Source: a virus. From it: a DNA stretch of 64,000 nucleotides. A program made the translations under genes and the position numbers. Positions 11,901 through 22,481 of this stretch are shown here, one piece after another. Every line of letters begins with the position of its first letter. The stretch's first letter is position 1. The notes under the pieces were generated by a model. It did not search any database, was not told the DNA's origin, and saw only the letters and a list, made by a program, of their open reading frames with translations. The stretch is from IMG/VR virus record IMGVR_UViG_3300009703_001822. One strand, 5' to 3'.

Positions 11901-12068
11901 GGATTAACAGAAACACCAAATGGTACAGAATCCTTAGCAAGTGCGCTATCCAAACCAGCAACCGATAGTAGTACTGCTACAGATACGGGTACTGGTAAGA
12001 TGCAGGATTATGTAGATCCCACTTACTTAGACTCAGACTATGTTGGTTCTAGTTGGAACTTTACATAA
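8988..12068 (+). CDS. g7: Baseplate wedge gp7-like protein with extended repetitive C-terminus
   Basis: [45 protein letters not shown]; between g6 and g8. Confidence 0.75.
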   Translation: MADYIPSFYRYVKSITVTNGGTGYFSGTPTIEITGGGGTGATATATVSSGAVTSFTITNKGTGYTSVPTVTITGGGGSGAVGTAVLDSAQDNASLEIRNRSYLVKEQIPEHIRDSYPVFVTFLEKYYAFMDTNYKDPTNYTSDIDYTNTQFLDKWRGALVSDFPSLLSVDKAFFYKRAKDFYESKGSRRSIEAWFRIIYDENVDVTYPYQYVLKPSDGIYNVEKTIKIQEAEHGGGSLEPLNLEGKKIDIRYSETTGTVTVTKHTNANVKRVEKNTYQTNGLTLQRFELVLDFDDANVTTINGPGAGAVVTATVSGGAITDFTVTDGGSGYIAAPIVQIFPNASDTITTTATAHALVENGVIKDVVVDNGGAGYNNAPGIEFDTDTIRSYVVDDGAGNADEDIYGYLVRVLTSVGFKSYSGSEADAGFKIGQIYAINETGDDGKAYAVTGYFADDYTFIGGQNDAFIRITAVTSAGLPSAFTVINPGSTFLNDTADIQITSPKGETCTITLTTGYLFEYEGKWKNDQGKLSDVNVIADNKRYQPFSYVIKSGISQTNWDRGLRDTVHPAGMEVFGDLIIRSVVDFNVLYEVESTGYTFYIFDADDIVTTVETGPLFDFTKLLTEAPSATEAHAIAFTPGGKTDTALATDQGSNPYVVSGYWNDDSDGVSSDNYNIGDEQFVKAISKPFTEVLSVNDTITESDIDISFFRTFTETRNATESMAKAFTKVFDDGFVNNYWTPANGTSAYTNDLADNGDYQYYVATSLGAVSVSDSVNVLRILGVQPTDTVSVTEVAQIVAQFNISPSDTGTAQESIAVTFITSFSETGTASDAQAKTIGKVLAHSTSNTDSEVLALSLAKTETVTTSDTDTYSLSKFATDTTSGVSESLSRTLTWQRTFTESPSATGLPIKALSKPFSDSASAGDNLSSQLTRQVTASDTLSNITSTQVLQINKAVSETISTSEAINSINTSKGLTETPNGTESLASALSKPATDSSTATDTGTGKMQDYVDPTYLDSDYVGSSWNFT
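11885..11892 (+). promoter_or_regulatory. Internal late promoter TATAAATA, probably for the 12094 gene
   Basis: Exact consensus about 200 nt upstream of the next start. Confidence 0.5.
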
Positions 12069-12093
12069 CGGATAAACATATTAGGAGAATAAA

Positions 12094-12537
12094 ATGTTTA
12101 AAAATGATAAATCGAAAGCTACAGGTAAGCTTACCGTTGAAATCAAGAACAAGCAAGGCAAAGTAATCGACACTAGGGAAGTTAAAAACCTAGTAGTTGA
12201 TGATGGCCTTGAGTACATTGCATCTAGAATGAAAGATGCATCAGCTACAGCTATGTCTCACATGGGTATAGGAACAGGATCATCAGCAGCAGCTGCTAGT
12301 GATACTGCTCTAGGTACTGAGGCAGCTAGAGTAGCTCTTACTTCTACCACAGTTACAGCTAATGCTGTTGCTTATGTTGCTTCTTTTGGAGCAGGTACAG
12401 GTACAGGAGCTATTACAGAAGCAGGTATTTTAAATGCAGCTTCAAGTGGTACTCTTCTTTGTAGGACTGTTTTCTCAGTCGTAAACAAAGGCGCGTCAGA
12501 TTCAATGACAATTACTTGGACAGTAACAATTTCGTAA
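12094..12537 (+). CDS. Virion structural protein (baseplate/fibre-attachment type)
   Basis: AGGAG SD; NLVVDDG..., MGIGTG, ITEAGILNA pattern seen in phage tail/baseplate proteins. Confidence 0.6.
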   Translation: MFKNDKSKATGKLTVEIKNKQGKVIDTREVKNLVVDDGLEYIASRMKDASATAMSHMGIGTGSSAAAASDTALGTEAARVALTSTTVTANAVAYVASFGAGTGTGAITEAGILNAASSGTLLCRTVFSVVNKGASDSMTITWTVTIS

Positions 12538-12546
12538 GGTAAATAG

Positions 12547-14133
12547 ATGGCTCTAGTACTTCGAAGACTAGGTAGGGTTGAATTAGCAAGGACATTCCAT
12601 AGAGATGTTCGTAATAACAACGACTACTTTCATTTTGCTGTAGGCAGAACAGAGGCTTGGACAGATGAGACAAGCCCTGAAACACCTATTGACAATGATT
12701 CTTATGTCTCGAAGTTTAGAAGGAGCATGATGTTTACACAACGGATTGACTCTGCAGATGTTTGCTTACTAGCAAAACGAGTAAATTGGGCTACAGGCAC
12801 GGTGTATGATGAATATGATGATAATATTTCGTCTAGTAATCAATCATACTCCGGAGCCTCCAATTTAGCAGATGCGAATTTCTTTGTTGTAACAGATGAA
12901 TTCAAGGTATATAAATGTATCAGTAATAATAATAACGGACAAAGTACAGTCAAACCTACAAGTACAGGAACATCTGTATTTGAGTTGGCTGATAATTATA
13001 ACTGGAAATTTATGTTCCAAATCTCGGCATCCGATCAAAACAAATTTTTGGATGCCGATTTTGTTCCTGTTAGAAAACTTACAGGAAATCCTACACATGA
13101 TGTTACCGGCGAAGTAGATAGTGTTACAATTACAGCAGGAGGCACAGGTTATACAAGTGCACCTACAGTAGTTATACAAGGCGACGGAGATGGTTTAGCA
13201 GCAGGAACTGCAACTATATCAGGCGGTGCAGTAACAGGTGTTACAATCACAGCATCCGGTTCAGGTTATAGTTTTGCATTTATAACTTTTAATGGCGGTG
13301 GTGGTTCAGGAGCAGTAGGAAGTGTTAATTTAGGAGACGCAGATTCATTACCAGCATTACAAAGTGCTGTAGAAGGAGCGTCTGTAAACGGCACATTAGA
13401 TAGAGTTATTGTTACAACAGCAGGACAAGACTACGCAGCTAATGATGTACAGGTTACAGTAACAGGAGATGGCACAGGAGCAGAAGCAAGTGCTTATGTC
13501 AACGCAGCTACAGGAGCTATTACAAAAATAAGAATTACAAATCCTGGATCTAATTATTCTTATGCCGATATAGCTATTGTAAACACATCAGCTCCTGGCA
13601 CAGGAGCAGTAGCAAGAGCCATAGTATCTCCTCAAGGGGGACATGGTTCAAATGCACCTAGAGAATTATTTGCTAATAATTTAGGTGTTACAGTATCATT
13701 CTCAGATAATGATAATAAAGATTTAGTATTAGGCAATGACTTTAGACAAATTGCACTAATTAAAAATATAAAAACACCAGCAGGTGTTACATATACAACG
13801 AACACAGCAACGGCTTGTCATATTATTAATGTAGCAAGCGTTGCAAGTTATGCTGTCGATGACATCATAACAACAGATGACGGAGGATCGTTTACAGTCA
13901 TACAAATAGATTCAACTAATAAAAATATTTACTTGACATCTACAATTCCTGTGATGACAACCAATTCCGTTTTAACAAATACTACTCAAAACATCAGCAG
14001 TTTGAGTATAAATAGTATAACAGATCCAGAAGTAGATAATGCTACAGGAGAGGTTATTTACTTAGACAACAGGTCGCCGGTTATTAGATCGGCGGATCAA
14101 GTAGAACAGATAAAGGCATTGATTAGGTTTTAA
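12547..14133 (+). CDS. g8: Baseplate wedge gp8
   Basis: W..GTVYDEY, VYKCISNN, YNWKFM, GGHG, NDFRQIALIKN, GEVIYLDNRSPV. Confidence 0.88.
   Translation: MALVLRRLGRVELARTFHRDVRNNNDYFHFAVGRTEAWTDETSPETPIDNDSYVSKFRRSMMFTQRIDSADVCLLAKRVNWATGTVYDEYDDNISSSNQSYSGASNLADANFFVVTDEFKVYKCISNNNNGQSTVKPTSTGTSVFELADNYNWKFMFQISASDQNKFLDADFVPVRKLTGNPTHDVTGEVDSVTITAGGTGYTSAPTVVIQGDGDGLAAGTATISGGAVTGVTITASGSGYSFAFITFNGGGGSGAVGSVNLGDADSLPALQSAVEGASVNGTLDRVIVTTAGQDYAANDVQVTVTGDGTGAEASAYVNAATGAITKIRITNPGSNYSYADIAIVNTSAPGTGAVARAIVSPQGGHGSNAPRELFANNLGVTVSFSDNDNKDLVLGNDFRQIALIKNIKTPAGVTYTTNTATACHIINVASVASYAVDDIITTDDGGSFTVIQIDSTNKNIYLTSTIPVMTTNSVLTNTTQNISSLSINSITDPEVDNATGEVIYLDNRSPVIRSADQVEQIKALIRF
14007..14014 (+). 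promoter_or_regulatory. Internal late promoter TATAAATA upstream of the VrlC-like gene
   Basis: Exact consensus in the 3' end of g8. Confidence 0.55.
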
Positions 14134-14136
14134 CAA

Positions 14137-17100
14137 ATGGCATTAAATTTAAATACATCACCATATTACGACGACTTTAACGATGACAACAGATTCCATC
14201 GTGTGTTGTTTAAACCTGGCGTACCAGTACAAGCTAGAGAGCTTACACAATTACAAACTATCTTACAAGACCAAATGGAAAAAGGTTTTGGTTTTGTTGT
14301 ACAAGAAGGTGCAGTAATAACAGGTTGTGCAGAGACACTTAGAGATGTAGATTATATTAAAGTCAACGACACAGACGCAGCAGCTGTTACAATAAACAAT
14401 ACAGACCTAGTAAAATATAAAGATAAAGAAATTGTAGGTTCTGTTACAGGTTTAAGAGCAGTAATACAAGATACAGAAACAGGTACTGTAGCAGGAAATC
14501 CTAACTTAAAAACTTTATATATTAAATATTTAAATACAATTTCAGGACATACACACTTTGCTTCTGGAGAAACTTTAACAGTTTATACAGCAAATGAAGG
14601 CACAACTGCATCTATAGCAGCAGGAACAGATTTAAATGGATACACTTTTGTTGTAAACAATTTAACAGATAATACAAGAGCAGGAACATATTATGGTAAT
14701 ACAAGTGATATTACCTTACAGCCAGGCATTATACATGCTCGTGGCTCATTTATTAAAACAGATAAGATTACAGTAAGATTAGACAAATACAACAATTTAA
14801 AAAGAAAACATATAGGGTTTGTTGTAACAGAATCTTTACAACAATCTGCAACAGACACTACACTATTAGATCCTGCACAGGGTTCATATAACTATAATGC
14901 ACCTGGAGCAGACAGATTAAAATATACAGTTACATTAGCATCGTATGATGATACAGCAACTAAACCTGAAAACTTTTACACATACGCACATGCTAGTATA
15001 GATGGTATAGAAAGAATAGGCCTTAAAGATAATCCTTTATCAGGCTTAGGAGAAATATTAGCAAATAGAACATACGACGAATCGGGTAATTATCTTGTTA
15101 GAGGTAATAATGTTTCATTAAGAGAACATTTAAATGATGGCACAAATGGTGGTGTTTACGCATCCGGAGATGCTGGTTCAAGAGCAGCTCTTGTAGTACA
15201 AGTAGATCCTGGTGTTTCTTATGTAGGAGGTTTCAAAAGAGAATTACAAAGTTCTAAAAGAATACCTATAATGAAGGCTAGTCAGTTTATCACTAAAGAG
15301 GCACAGCCCATTTCAACTTCATATGGTAACTACATAGAGATTAATTATGTAGAAGGATTATTTGATGTTGATGGTGGCGCTAAAATAGAATTATATAACG
15401 CAGTACAAGACGGAAATGCCTCAGCACAAGGAAGCAAAGTTGGAGAAGCCAAAGTAAGACAACTTGTTTATTCAAGTGGCACACCAGGTAATACAGCAGC
15501 AGTTTATAGACTTTATGTTTATGATCTCCAAATGTTAAGTGGAGACTTTACAGCAGTTAAAGGTGTAAGGTATAATAGCGGCGATACTTGGGGAGGAGTA
15601 GCTAATACAGTTCTTGTATCAAGTAAATCAGAAATTAAAGAAAGTAAAGTAAACAAATTGGTTTACAGATTATCTGAAAATAATATTAAAACATTAAAAG
15701 CAGAATCAGGTGGAACATACGATTACACATATCAATATCAAAAGGAATTTGATATATCACTAAACACTACTGATGGAACAGGTTCATTAACATTATCAGG
15801 TAACGAAACATTCCCTTATTCAGGAACATTAACAGACACACAAAAAAGAGATTTCATACTTATAGCAAAAGCAGGCTTTACACAAAACTCTGCTACAGTT
15901 GCAGTAGGCGAACATATAGACCTAACTTCAAATAATAGTAATGCATCTGTTACAGTAAACAGTGCAACATCAATTACTATTGATACAGGTGGAGCTATTA
16001 CAGGAACAAGTACAGTAAGAGTTTATGTACCTGTACAAGTATCAGATGCTACACCAATTGCTAAAACATTATCATCTGATAAGTATGTAAAAATAGATAC
16101 AAATTCACACTCTGCATCAACATCAGGAGAATATAGTATTGGTGTTGCAGACTTATATAAAGTAGAAAGTATTAGAGCACATACATCTGCTTTAACATCA
16201 GATACAGATGGAATAGATGTTACAAACGACTTTAGAGTATCTGACGGACAGGAAGATAACTTCTACGGACTTGCAAAAATAATTAAGAAAAATTCAAGTA
16301 CATTAAATCTTACAACTTACGATCATTTATTAATTAAATATTCTTACTTTGACTCTACAGTATCAAGCGCTTCATTTGCTTGTTTTGATAGTTATCCTGT
16401 AGATGATACAACAGCAAGTTTACCCTCAGGTAAAGTTAGAACAGAGGATATACCTAACTTCCAATCACAAAAATATGGAGAGTTTAATTTAAGAGATTGT
16501 GTTGACTTCCGTCCTTATATGACAAACACAGCAACAATTACAGGAACAATAGCAAGTGCTACAACAAACCCTGCTAATGATAAAATAATAAATAGACCAG
16601 GTTCAGGGCTAACTAATCCTTTACCTACAAAAACATTTAGTACAGATTTAGCTTATTACATAGGTAAAAAACTTAGAATTGTATTAGACTTTGATGGCAA
16701 TTATAGAGTAGTAGAAGGATCGTATAGTCAAAATCCTAAAATGCCAGCAGAACCTTCACAGTCTATGACAATGGCAGAAATAGATCTTGTACCTTTTCCT
16801 TGTTTATCACCTGAGTATGGTAAGGTAAAACAAAAAGGACAATATACAACTTCTATTAAAAATGTATCTCAAAAACGATACACAATGAAAAATATTAGTG
16901 GCCTAGAACAAAGAATTAAAAACTTAGAATACTATGCCTCATTAAACTTATTAGAAAATTATGCTAAAGATCAAACTATTGTTAATTCCTCAGGTACAGA
17001 TAGATTTAAAAATGGTATCTTAGTAGATCCATTTACAGGACACAATGTAGGATCTGTATTAGATCCTGATTATAAAATATCAATTGATCCTGAGAAAAAA

Positions 17101-20100
17101 CATGCAAGGCCATTTTTTGTATTAGAAAATATAGACACAAAAGTAGCAAGTAATATAGACAGAGATGCTACTTTCGCAGGTACACAATTAAAATTAACAG
17201 GCAATACAGTAACATTACCGTTCAATAGAATGGTTCTTACAGACCAAATGCAAGCTTCTCAGACAGAGAACTTAACAAAAGAATTATTATTTAAATACAA
17301 CGGAGAGATGGAACTAACTCCTGATGTAGACAACTTTATAGACACAGCAGTTCAACCAGCAGTCAATGTAAACTTTGATGGTAACTATGATGCTTGGGAG
17401 AACATGGCAAATGCTTGGGGCACACAATGGGGTTCATGGGAAGATTCAGGTGCTGCCAATGTAACAAGTTCTACTTCAGCATTAGACACATACAGCACAA
17501 GCACTGAGCGCTTTGGCGGAAGCAGTGCAACATTTACCACTACAACAACAGAACAACAGCAGACAAGATCAGGTATAGCGTTAAATGTTTCTGCCATAAC
17601 TGAAGTAAACTCTCTAGGAGAGAAAATAGTAGACATGGCAATAGCGCCATTTATGAGAAGTCGTCAGGTTACAGTTACATGTACTAGATTAAAACCTGAG
17701 ACAAGAGTTTATCCATTCTTTGATGGAGAGGCTGTATCAGATTTTTGTACATTACCAGATGGAACTACAACTACATTATCAACAGACGAAGATGGAAAAG
17801 TAACATTTTTGTTTACAATTCCTGCAGGAAGATTTAAAGCGGGTTCAAGAGTATTAAAAGTAACTAACAATTCAGATAATGGAACAAACAATGTTACAAC
17901 ACAGGCAAATGCTATTTACGAATCTTCAGGTTTCATACAACAGAAACAAGATACTATTGTAGGATTTAAATCTGCAAATGTAAATTCAACACAATTTTCG
18001 GATAGTAGAGTAGTAACGGAGACATCTTTTGATGTTAGTATAGGAGCAGGAACACCTTTACCACCTCCTCCTCCACCTACTATTATTAATAACCCAGTAC
18101 CTGTACCGGTACCGGTTACACCTGCACCGACGCCTCCTCCTGATGTAGGTTTACCTCCTGCAACAACTTCACCGTCGGCTATAACATCAACACCGGAGGT
18201 AACACCTGTTACAACAACGGCTGCAACTACAACGACGGCTAGTCCACCAATATCAACACCGGTGGTAACAACACCATCCCCAATAATAGACCGTGTTACA
18301 ACAACACCGGCACCACCTACAACTACGCCTTTTGTTATTGATTTTGATGTAGATGAGTTCTTGGCAGACTTTAGATGGGACTTTAATTTCGGTTGGGGTA
18401 TGGACCCATTAGCACAAACATTCACAGTACCTAATGTTCCTGGCGGAGCGTTTATTACTGACATTGAAATATTCTTTAAAAACAGGCCTGCTACAGGTAA
18501 TAATGGTGTTACAATGCAAATAAGAGAGGTTATTAATGGTGTGCCTGGACCTCGTATTTTGCCTAACGGTAGTAAGAGAGTGGAAAGAGCAGATATTATT
18601 ACTTCATCAGAATCGGGAGGCACAACAACAATTAATCCAACATCATTTACATTTAATAATCCTGTTTACTTACAAGGAGACAAAGAATATTGTTTCGTTC
18701 CCAAACCTGAAAATGATGATACAGGATATGACATATACATTTCTCAATTAGGAGAAAATCAAGTAGGAACAACAGAAAGAATTACAAAACAACCACATGG
18801 TGGTATGATGTTCTCATCAGCTAACGATAGAACTTGGAACGCACATCAGAATCAAGACATAATGTTTAAGATGCACAGAGCATCATTTAAACAAGGAACA
18901 GTTTCAGGTAAAGTTTCCAATGATAATTTAGATTGGATAAACTTTAGTTCTTACAGTACAACATCAGCAATAGCTTGGACGGCAGGAACAAGTTTAGTAG
19001 GACATACACCTACAATTACTAATGCAGGAACAGGATATACAGGACTTACACCTACAGTTACGGTAACTAATACAGGAACTAATGGTACAGGTTTAACAAT
19101 GACAGCAACAGTAACAGGAGATGTTATAACAGCTCTTACAGTTACTAACCCTGGTTCAGGTTATACAAGTGCTCCTACAATAGCAATTTCTGCAGGAACA
19201 GGAACACAAGCAACAGGAACATTAACCTTACAACAAGGTAAAGTAGTAAACTATAATGGATTAGACGAACAAGTTACAGTAGATAGAGGAACAGACACAA
19301 CAGCGTTCACTGCCTCACAATTAATAGGTAATACACAAGGCTATGGAACAATTAGTTCGTTTACAGATAAAGTTATAAATGAAGTTGCACTAAACGCAGC
19401 TCTAATGACACCACATCAAACAACAACTGCTACTGCAAGAGTTTCAATTAATGAAACAGGTGCAGGAAGTGCAGTAGGAGATCCTGGTGTAACAGAAGTT
19501 TATAGTGAATTAGACTTTAATACTACAACACAATTAGATAAAGAACATACAATTTATAGTAGATCAAACGAAATTAGTACTTACAGTGCTAATAAAACAG
19601 CACTATTAGAAGTTTCAATGTCAACCAACTTTGAAAATATTAGTCCAGCAATAACATTAGATCAATTAGATCTTTTATGTATTGCTAATAGTGTAAACAA
19701 TGATTCTACTAATGAAGATACAAGATATAAAGGAAATTCTTCTTCTCGGTATATAACAAGAAGAGTTAATCTTGAGGATGGCCAAGACGCTGAAGATATT
19801 ATGGTATATCTAGATGCTGCCATTCCGACAGAAGGAAATGTTAAGGTATATGGAAAACTAATGAATTCCTCAGACCAAGGCAATTTCCAAGAAGATTTAA
19901 GCTGGGTTGAATTATCATCAAGAACTGACCCGTTTGAATCAACAACTGATTTTGCAGAGTATAAGTATAACTTACCTTCCAAAGGTTCTAACGCAGCAGG
20001 ACTTAATGGTTCAGGTATATACGAATACGATGTTAAATCTTTATTAAGTATTGCGGTTACAGCAGGAGGTTCTAGTTATAGTTCTTCTCCTACTATAACA

Positions 20101-20379
20101 ATAACTGGCGGAGGTGGTTATGGAGCAGCAGCTACAGCAACCGTATCCGGCGGAGTAATACAATCCATCGAGATTACTAATCCAGGTAGAGAATATACAT
20201 CTACACCAACGGTTACAATTACAGACAGTGGTGGCTCAAGTGCTACGGCAACTGCTACTGTAGGTACAGTAACACATACAGGCTTTAAAACCTTTGCAGT
20301 TAAGGTAGTGCCTTTAAGTACAACAACATCTAAAGTACCTTTCTTTAAGGACTTAAGAGCTATAGCGTTGCAGGTGTAA
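14137..20379 (+). CDS. Large virion structural protein, VrlC/DUF4815-like
   Basis: NLNTSPYYDDF, VLFKPG.PVQARELTQLQ, APGADRLK, RTYDESGNY, RFKNGILVDPF, DPLAQTF, DLRAIALQ. Confidence 0.85.
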   Translation: MALNLNTSPYYDDFNDDNRFHRVLFKPGVPVQARELTQLQTILQDQMEKGFGFVVQEGAVITGCAETLRDVDYIKVNDTDAAAVTINNTDLVKYKDKEIVGSVTGLRAVIQDTETGTVAGNPNLKTLYIKYLNTISGHTHFASGETLTVYTANEGTTASIAAGTDLNGYTFVVNNLTDNTRAGTYYGNTSDITLQPGIIHARGSFIKTDKITVRLDKYNNLKRKHIGFVVTESLQQSATDTTLLDPAQGSYNYNAPGADRLKYTVTLASYDDTATKPENFYTYAHASIDGIERIGLKDNPLSGLGEILANRTYDESGNYLVRGNNVSLREHLNDGTNGGVYASGDAGSRAALVVQVDPGVSYVGGFKRELQSSKRIPIMKASQFITKEAQPISTSYGNYIEINYVEGLFDVDGGAKIELYNAVQDGNASAQGSKVGEAKVRQLVYSSGTPGNTAAVYRLYVYDLQMLSGDFTAVKGVRYNSGDTWGGVANTVLVSSKSEIKESKVNKLVYRLSENNIKTLKAESGGTYDYTYQYQKEFDISLNTTDGTGSLTLSGNETFPYSGTLTDTQKRDFILIAKAGFTQNSATVAVGEHIDLTSNNSNASVTVNSATSITIDTGGAITGTSTVRVYVPVQVSDATPIAKTLSSDKYVKIDTNSHSASTSGEYSIGVADLYKVESIRAHTSALTSDTDGIDVTNDFRVSDGQEDNFYGLAKIIKKNSSTLNLTTYDHLLIKYSYFDSTVSSASFACFDSYPVDDTTASLPSGKVRTEDIPNFQSQKYGEFNLRDCVDFRPYMTNTATITGTIASATTNPANDKIINRPGSGLTNPLPTKTFSTDLAYYIGKKLRIVLDFDGNYRVVEGSYSQNPKMPAEPSQSMTMAEIDLVPFPCLSPEYGKVKQKGQYTTSIKNVSQKRYTMKNISGLEQRIKNLEYYASLNLLENYAKDQTIVNSSGTDRFKNGILVDPFTGHNVGSVLDPDYKISIDPEKKHARPFFVLENIDTKVASNIDRDATFAGTQLKLTGNTVTLPFNRMVLTDQMQASQTENLTKELLFKYNGEMELTPDVDNFIDTAVQPAVNVNFDGNYDAWENMANAWGTQWGSWEDSGAANVTSSTSALDTYSTSTERFGGSSATFTTTTTEQQQTRSGIALNVSAITEVNSLGEKIVDMAIAPFMRSRQVTVTCTRLKPETRVYPFFDGEAVSDFCTLPDGTTTTLSTDEDGKVTFLFTIPAGRFKAGSRVLKVTNNSDNGTNNVTTQANAIYESSGFIQQKQDTIVGFKSANVNSTQFSDSRVVTETSFDVSIGAGTPLPPPPPPTIINNPVPVPVPVTPAPTPPPDVGLPPATTSPSAITSTPEVTPVTTTAATTTTASPPISTPVVTTPSPIIDRVTTTPAPPTTTPFVIDFDVDEFLADFRWDFNFGWGMDPLAQTFTVPNVPGGAFITDIEIFFKNRPATGNNGVTMQIREVINGVPGPRILPNGSKRVERADIITSSESGGTTTINPTSFTFNNPVYLQGDKEYCFVPKPENDDTGYDIYISQLGENQVGTTERITKQPHGGMMFSSANDRTWNAHQNQDIMFKMHRASFKQGTVSGKVSNDNLDWINFSSYSTTSAIAWTAGTSLVGHTPTITNAGTGYTGLTPTVTVTNTGTNGTGLTMTATVTGDVITALTVTNPGSGYTSAPTIAISAGTGTQATGTLTLQQGKVVNYNGLDEQVTVDRGTDTTAFTASQLIGNTQGYGTISSFTDKVINEVALNAALMTPHQTTTATARVSINETGAGSAVGDPGVTEVYSELDFNTTTQLDKEHTIYSRSNEISTYSANKTALLEVSMSTNFENISPAITLDQLDLLCIANSVNNDSTNEDTRYKGNSSSRYITRRVNLEDGQDAEDIMVYLDAAIPTEGNVKVYGKLMNSSDQGNFQEDLSWVELSSRTDPFESTTDFAEYKYNLPSKGSNAAGLNGSGIYEYDVKSLLSIAVTAGGSSYSSSPTITITGGGGYGAAATATVSGGVIQSIEITNPGREYTSTPTVTITDSGGSSATATATVGTVTHTGFKTFAVKVVPLSTTTSKVPFFKDLRAIALQV
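18052..18330 (+). repeat. Pro/Thr-rich low-complexity segment inside the VrlC-like protein
   Basis: TPLPPPPPPT...PVPVPVPVTPAPTPPP...TTTAATTTT...TTTPAPPTTTP. Confidence 0.85.
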
Positions 20380-20380
20380 G

Positions 20381-20611
20381 ATGAATAAGATACCTACAGG
20401 GATTATAAATATTGAAGGAGAAAGGGATCTTGTAAGAGATCGTAACTCAAAGGCCTTACTCAATACAAACAACGAAAGTCTTAAAGCATATAAAATCAAA
20501 AGAAATGCTAATCTTAAGATAATAGAGTATGAAAATGATATAAATACTTTAAAGACTGAAATTGTTGAGATAAGGAAAACTTTAGAAATTTTAGTCAACA
20601 AAATTACATAG
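20381..20611 (+). CDS. Small coiled-coil hypothetical protein
   Basis: LVRD..SKALLN then heptads; typical position after VrlC-like genes. Confidence 0.7.
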   Translation: MNKIPTGIINIEGERDLVRDRNSKALLNTNNESLKAYKIKRNANLKIIEYENDINTLKTEIVEIRKTLEILVNKIT

Positions 20612-20619
20612 GAAGAAAC

Positions 20620-21150
20620 ATGGCAACTTTAACATTAAGATCAGCAAAAGGTAGTCCTCTTACTAACAATGAGGTTGACGCTAACTTTACCAATCTTAAT
20701 ACTGATAAATACGAGTCAGGTAATAATGCTACATTTGGCACTATTGCAGGAACAACTGTATCTGTTACTTCTGTTACAACAACAGGTGCTTTAAGTGTAG
20801 GAGGTTCTTCCACACTAAGTACATCTGCTACAGTATCAGCAGCAGGCACAGATCAAGCAGGTGGTACAGCATTAACAAAGTCATATAATATTGTAACAAC
20901 TTGTGCAGCTAACGCGGGGGTAGTACTCCCAGATTGTGCATCAGGTTTGGAATCATTTATATTAAATGACACGGCTAACAATCTTAAGGTTTATCCTGCT
21001 TCAGGTGAATCTATAGACGGAGGCTCTGCAAACGCAGCAGTTGATTTGTCACCTGGACACTCATTAAAATTGGTAGGAGTAAGCGCAACAAAATGGAATA
21101 GGTTAAGTCCTGTTATCATTTATAACTCATCGGGAACAAGAGTAAACTAA
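20620..21150 (+). CDS. Virion fibre/adaptor protein
   Basis: LRSAKGSPLTNNEVDANF N-terminus typical of fibre proteins; Thr/Ser/Gly-rich. Confidence 0.65.
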   Translation: MATLTLRSAKGSPLTNNEVDANFTNLNTDKYESGNNATFGTIAGTTVSVTSVTTTGALSVGGSSTLSTSATVSAAGTDQAGGTALTKSYNIVTTCAANAGVVLPDCASGLESFILNDTANNLKVYPASGESIDGGSANAAVDLSPGHSLKLVGVSATKWNRLSPVIIYNSSGTRVN

Positions 21151-21164
21151 AGAGAAGATAGAAT

Positions 21165-22445
21165 ATGAGACCTCTAAGAATTAAAGCATCAGCATATCCA
21201 GTTAGTTCTGGCAACCTTCAGGGCTTGCAAGAAATGACAGACGCAGAAATTGAGCAGTATTATAGTGCAATTCTAACAAAAGACTTCGCAGACAATACTG
21301 ACGGATCGGGTACGGCAGAGATTAATATCAATGGAGGATCTGGTACATCTATTGGAACAGCAACCGATACTAAAAGAGATGACGCAGTAGGAACACACCC
21401 AACAGATGGTGCAAGTTCTACGGTTACAACTTACACTGCTAAACAAATAGAAACAGCAGCATCAGAAAGTATTACTAACAGACCTTTAGGATATGTATCC
21501 TCAGGAACAGTTGGTGTACATGAATTCGATGATACAGAATTAGACACAGACATTTTAGATAAAGTAGCAGATGATTTTGCTGCACAAGGCGACTATACAA
21601 TAGGTCAATATAAATTGTCTACAAGCTCACCATCAGGTGGTACTTGGACTTCTCGCTACACATTAGCAAACACAGAAATAGATGGTACAACCACAAATTA
21701 TTACATTTGGCAAAAAACAACAGCTACAAGTTCTGCAGTAGATAATTACAAGCCATTAAAAGTAACAGGTGGCGGAGCTGGTGTACAGGAAATGACAGTT
21801 GCAGAGATGGAACAAATTGTTCCTAATTTAAGAAACTACATGATTTCTAGTGGTAAAGGGAAATATGTATTACAAGCAGCAGCCCCAGGTTCAGGTACTT
21901 GGGTAGATCAAGGTTCATTTATTGATACAAAGAAAGAAGTAGCAGCACAAAACTACACAGGAGCTTATTCAGGTACATACACCGGAGCTTATACTGGTGG
22001 TTATACAGGTGCTAAAAACTATGCAGGCAACTACACAGGCGCTAAAAACTATGCAGGAAGTTATGTAGGAACCTCAGGCTATTCAGGCACATACACAGGA
22101 ACCTCAGGTTATTCAGGCAACTACTCAGGTAACTACACAGGAAACTATGCAGCAGACTATGATGGTTATGCAGGTACTACATACTCAGGAACCTACACAG
22201 GTACATATACAGGATACTACACAGGCGCCAAAAACTATACAGGATATTATACAGGTGCTAAAACATATGGTGGAACCTACACAGGAACATCTGCTTATGC
22301 GGGCACATACACAGGAACATCTGCTTACTCAGGCTCATATTCAGGTAACTATACAGGATATTACTCAGGTACATATTCAGGAGATACAATCCAAAGTTCA
22401 AATGAGAATGTCAGTACGGTAAAACTGTGGCTTAGAACTGCTTAA
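21165..22445 (+). CDS. Putative fibre/needle protein with Y-x-G repeats
   Basis: Internally duplicated N-terminal domain (QEMTDAEIEQ / QEMTVAEMEQ; GGTWT / SGTWV) followed by about 30 Y-x-G units. Confidence 0.7.
   Translation: MRPLRIKASAYPVSSGNLQGLQEMTDAEIEQYYSAILTKDFADNTDGSGTAEININGGSGTSIGTATDTKRDDAVGTHPTDGASSTVTTYTAKQIETAASESITNRPLGYVSSGTVGVHEFDDTELDTDILDKVADDFAAQGDYTIGQYKLSTSSPSGGTWTSRYTLANTEIDGTTTNYYIWQKTTATSSAVDNYKPLKVTGGGAGVQEMTVAEMEQIVPNLRNYMISSGKGKYVLQAAAPGSGTWVDQGSFIDTKKEVAAQNYTGAYSGTYTGAYTGGYTGAKNYAGNYTGAKNYAGSYVGTSGYSGTYTGTSGYSGNYSGNYTGNYAADYDGYAGTTYSGTYTGTYTGYYTGAKNYTGYYTGAKTYGGTYTGTSAYAGTYTGTSAYSGSYSGNYTGYYSGTYSGDTIQSSNENVSTVKLWLRTA
21954..22385 (+). repeat. Coding tandem array of Y-[TSAVG]-G-x 4-mers and 6-mers
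   Basis: YTGA YSGT ... YTGAKN ... YTGTSG ... YSGD read directly from the translation. Confidence 0.9.
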
Positions 22446-22452
22446 TTAGCAG

Positions 22453-22460
22453 TATAAATA
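22453..22460 (+). promoter_or_regulatory. Late promoter TATAAATA for the 22482-24362 operon
   Basis: Exact consensus, intergenic. Confidence 0.75.
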
Positions 22461-22481
22461 AATTTACATTATGGAGATATT

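Noticed and set aside
17916-18623. 235-aa Gly/Val-rich minus-strand ORF
   Set aside because: Mirror of Pro/Thr codons in the VrlC-like gene
21954-22385. Possible CRISPR array or DGR template/variable repeat
   Set aside because: Repeats are in-frame, degenerate at third positions, have no unique spacers, and no cas or reverse transcriptase gene is in the window
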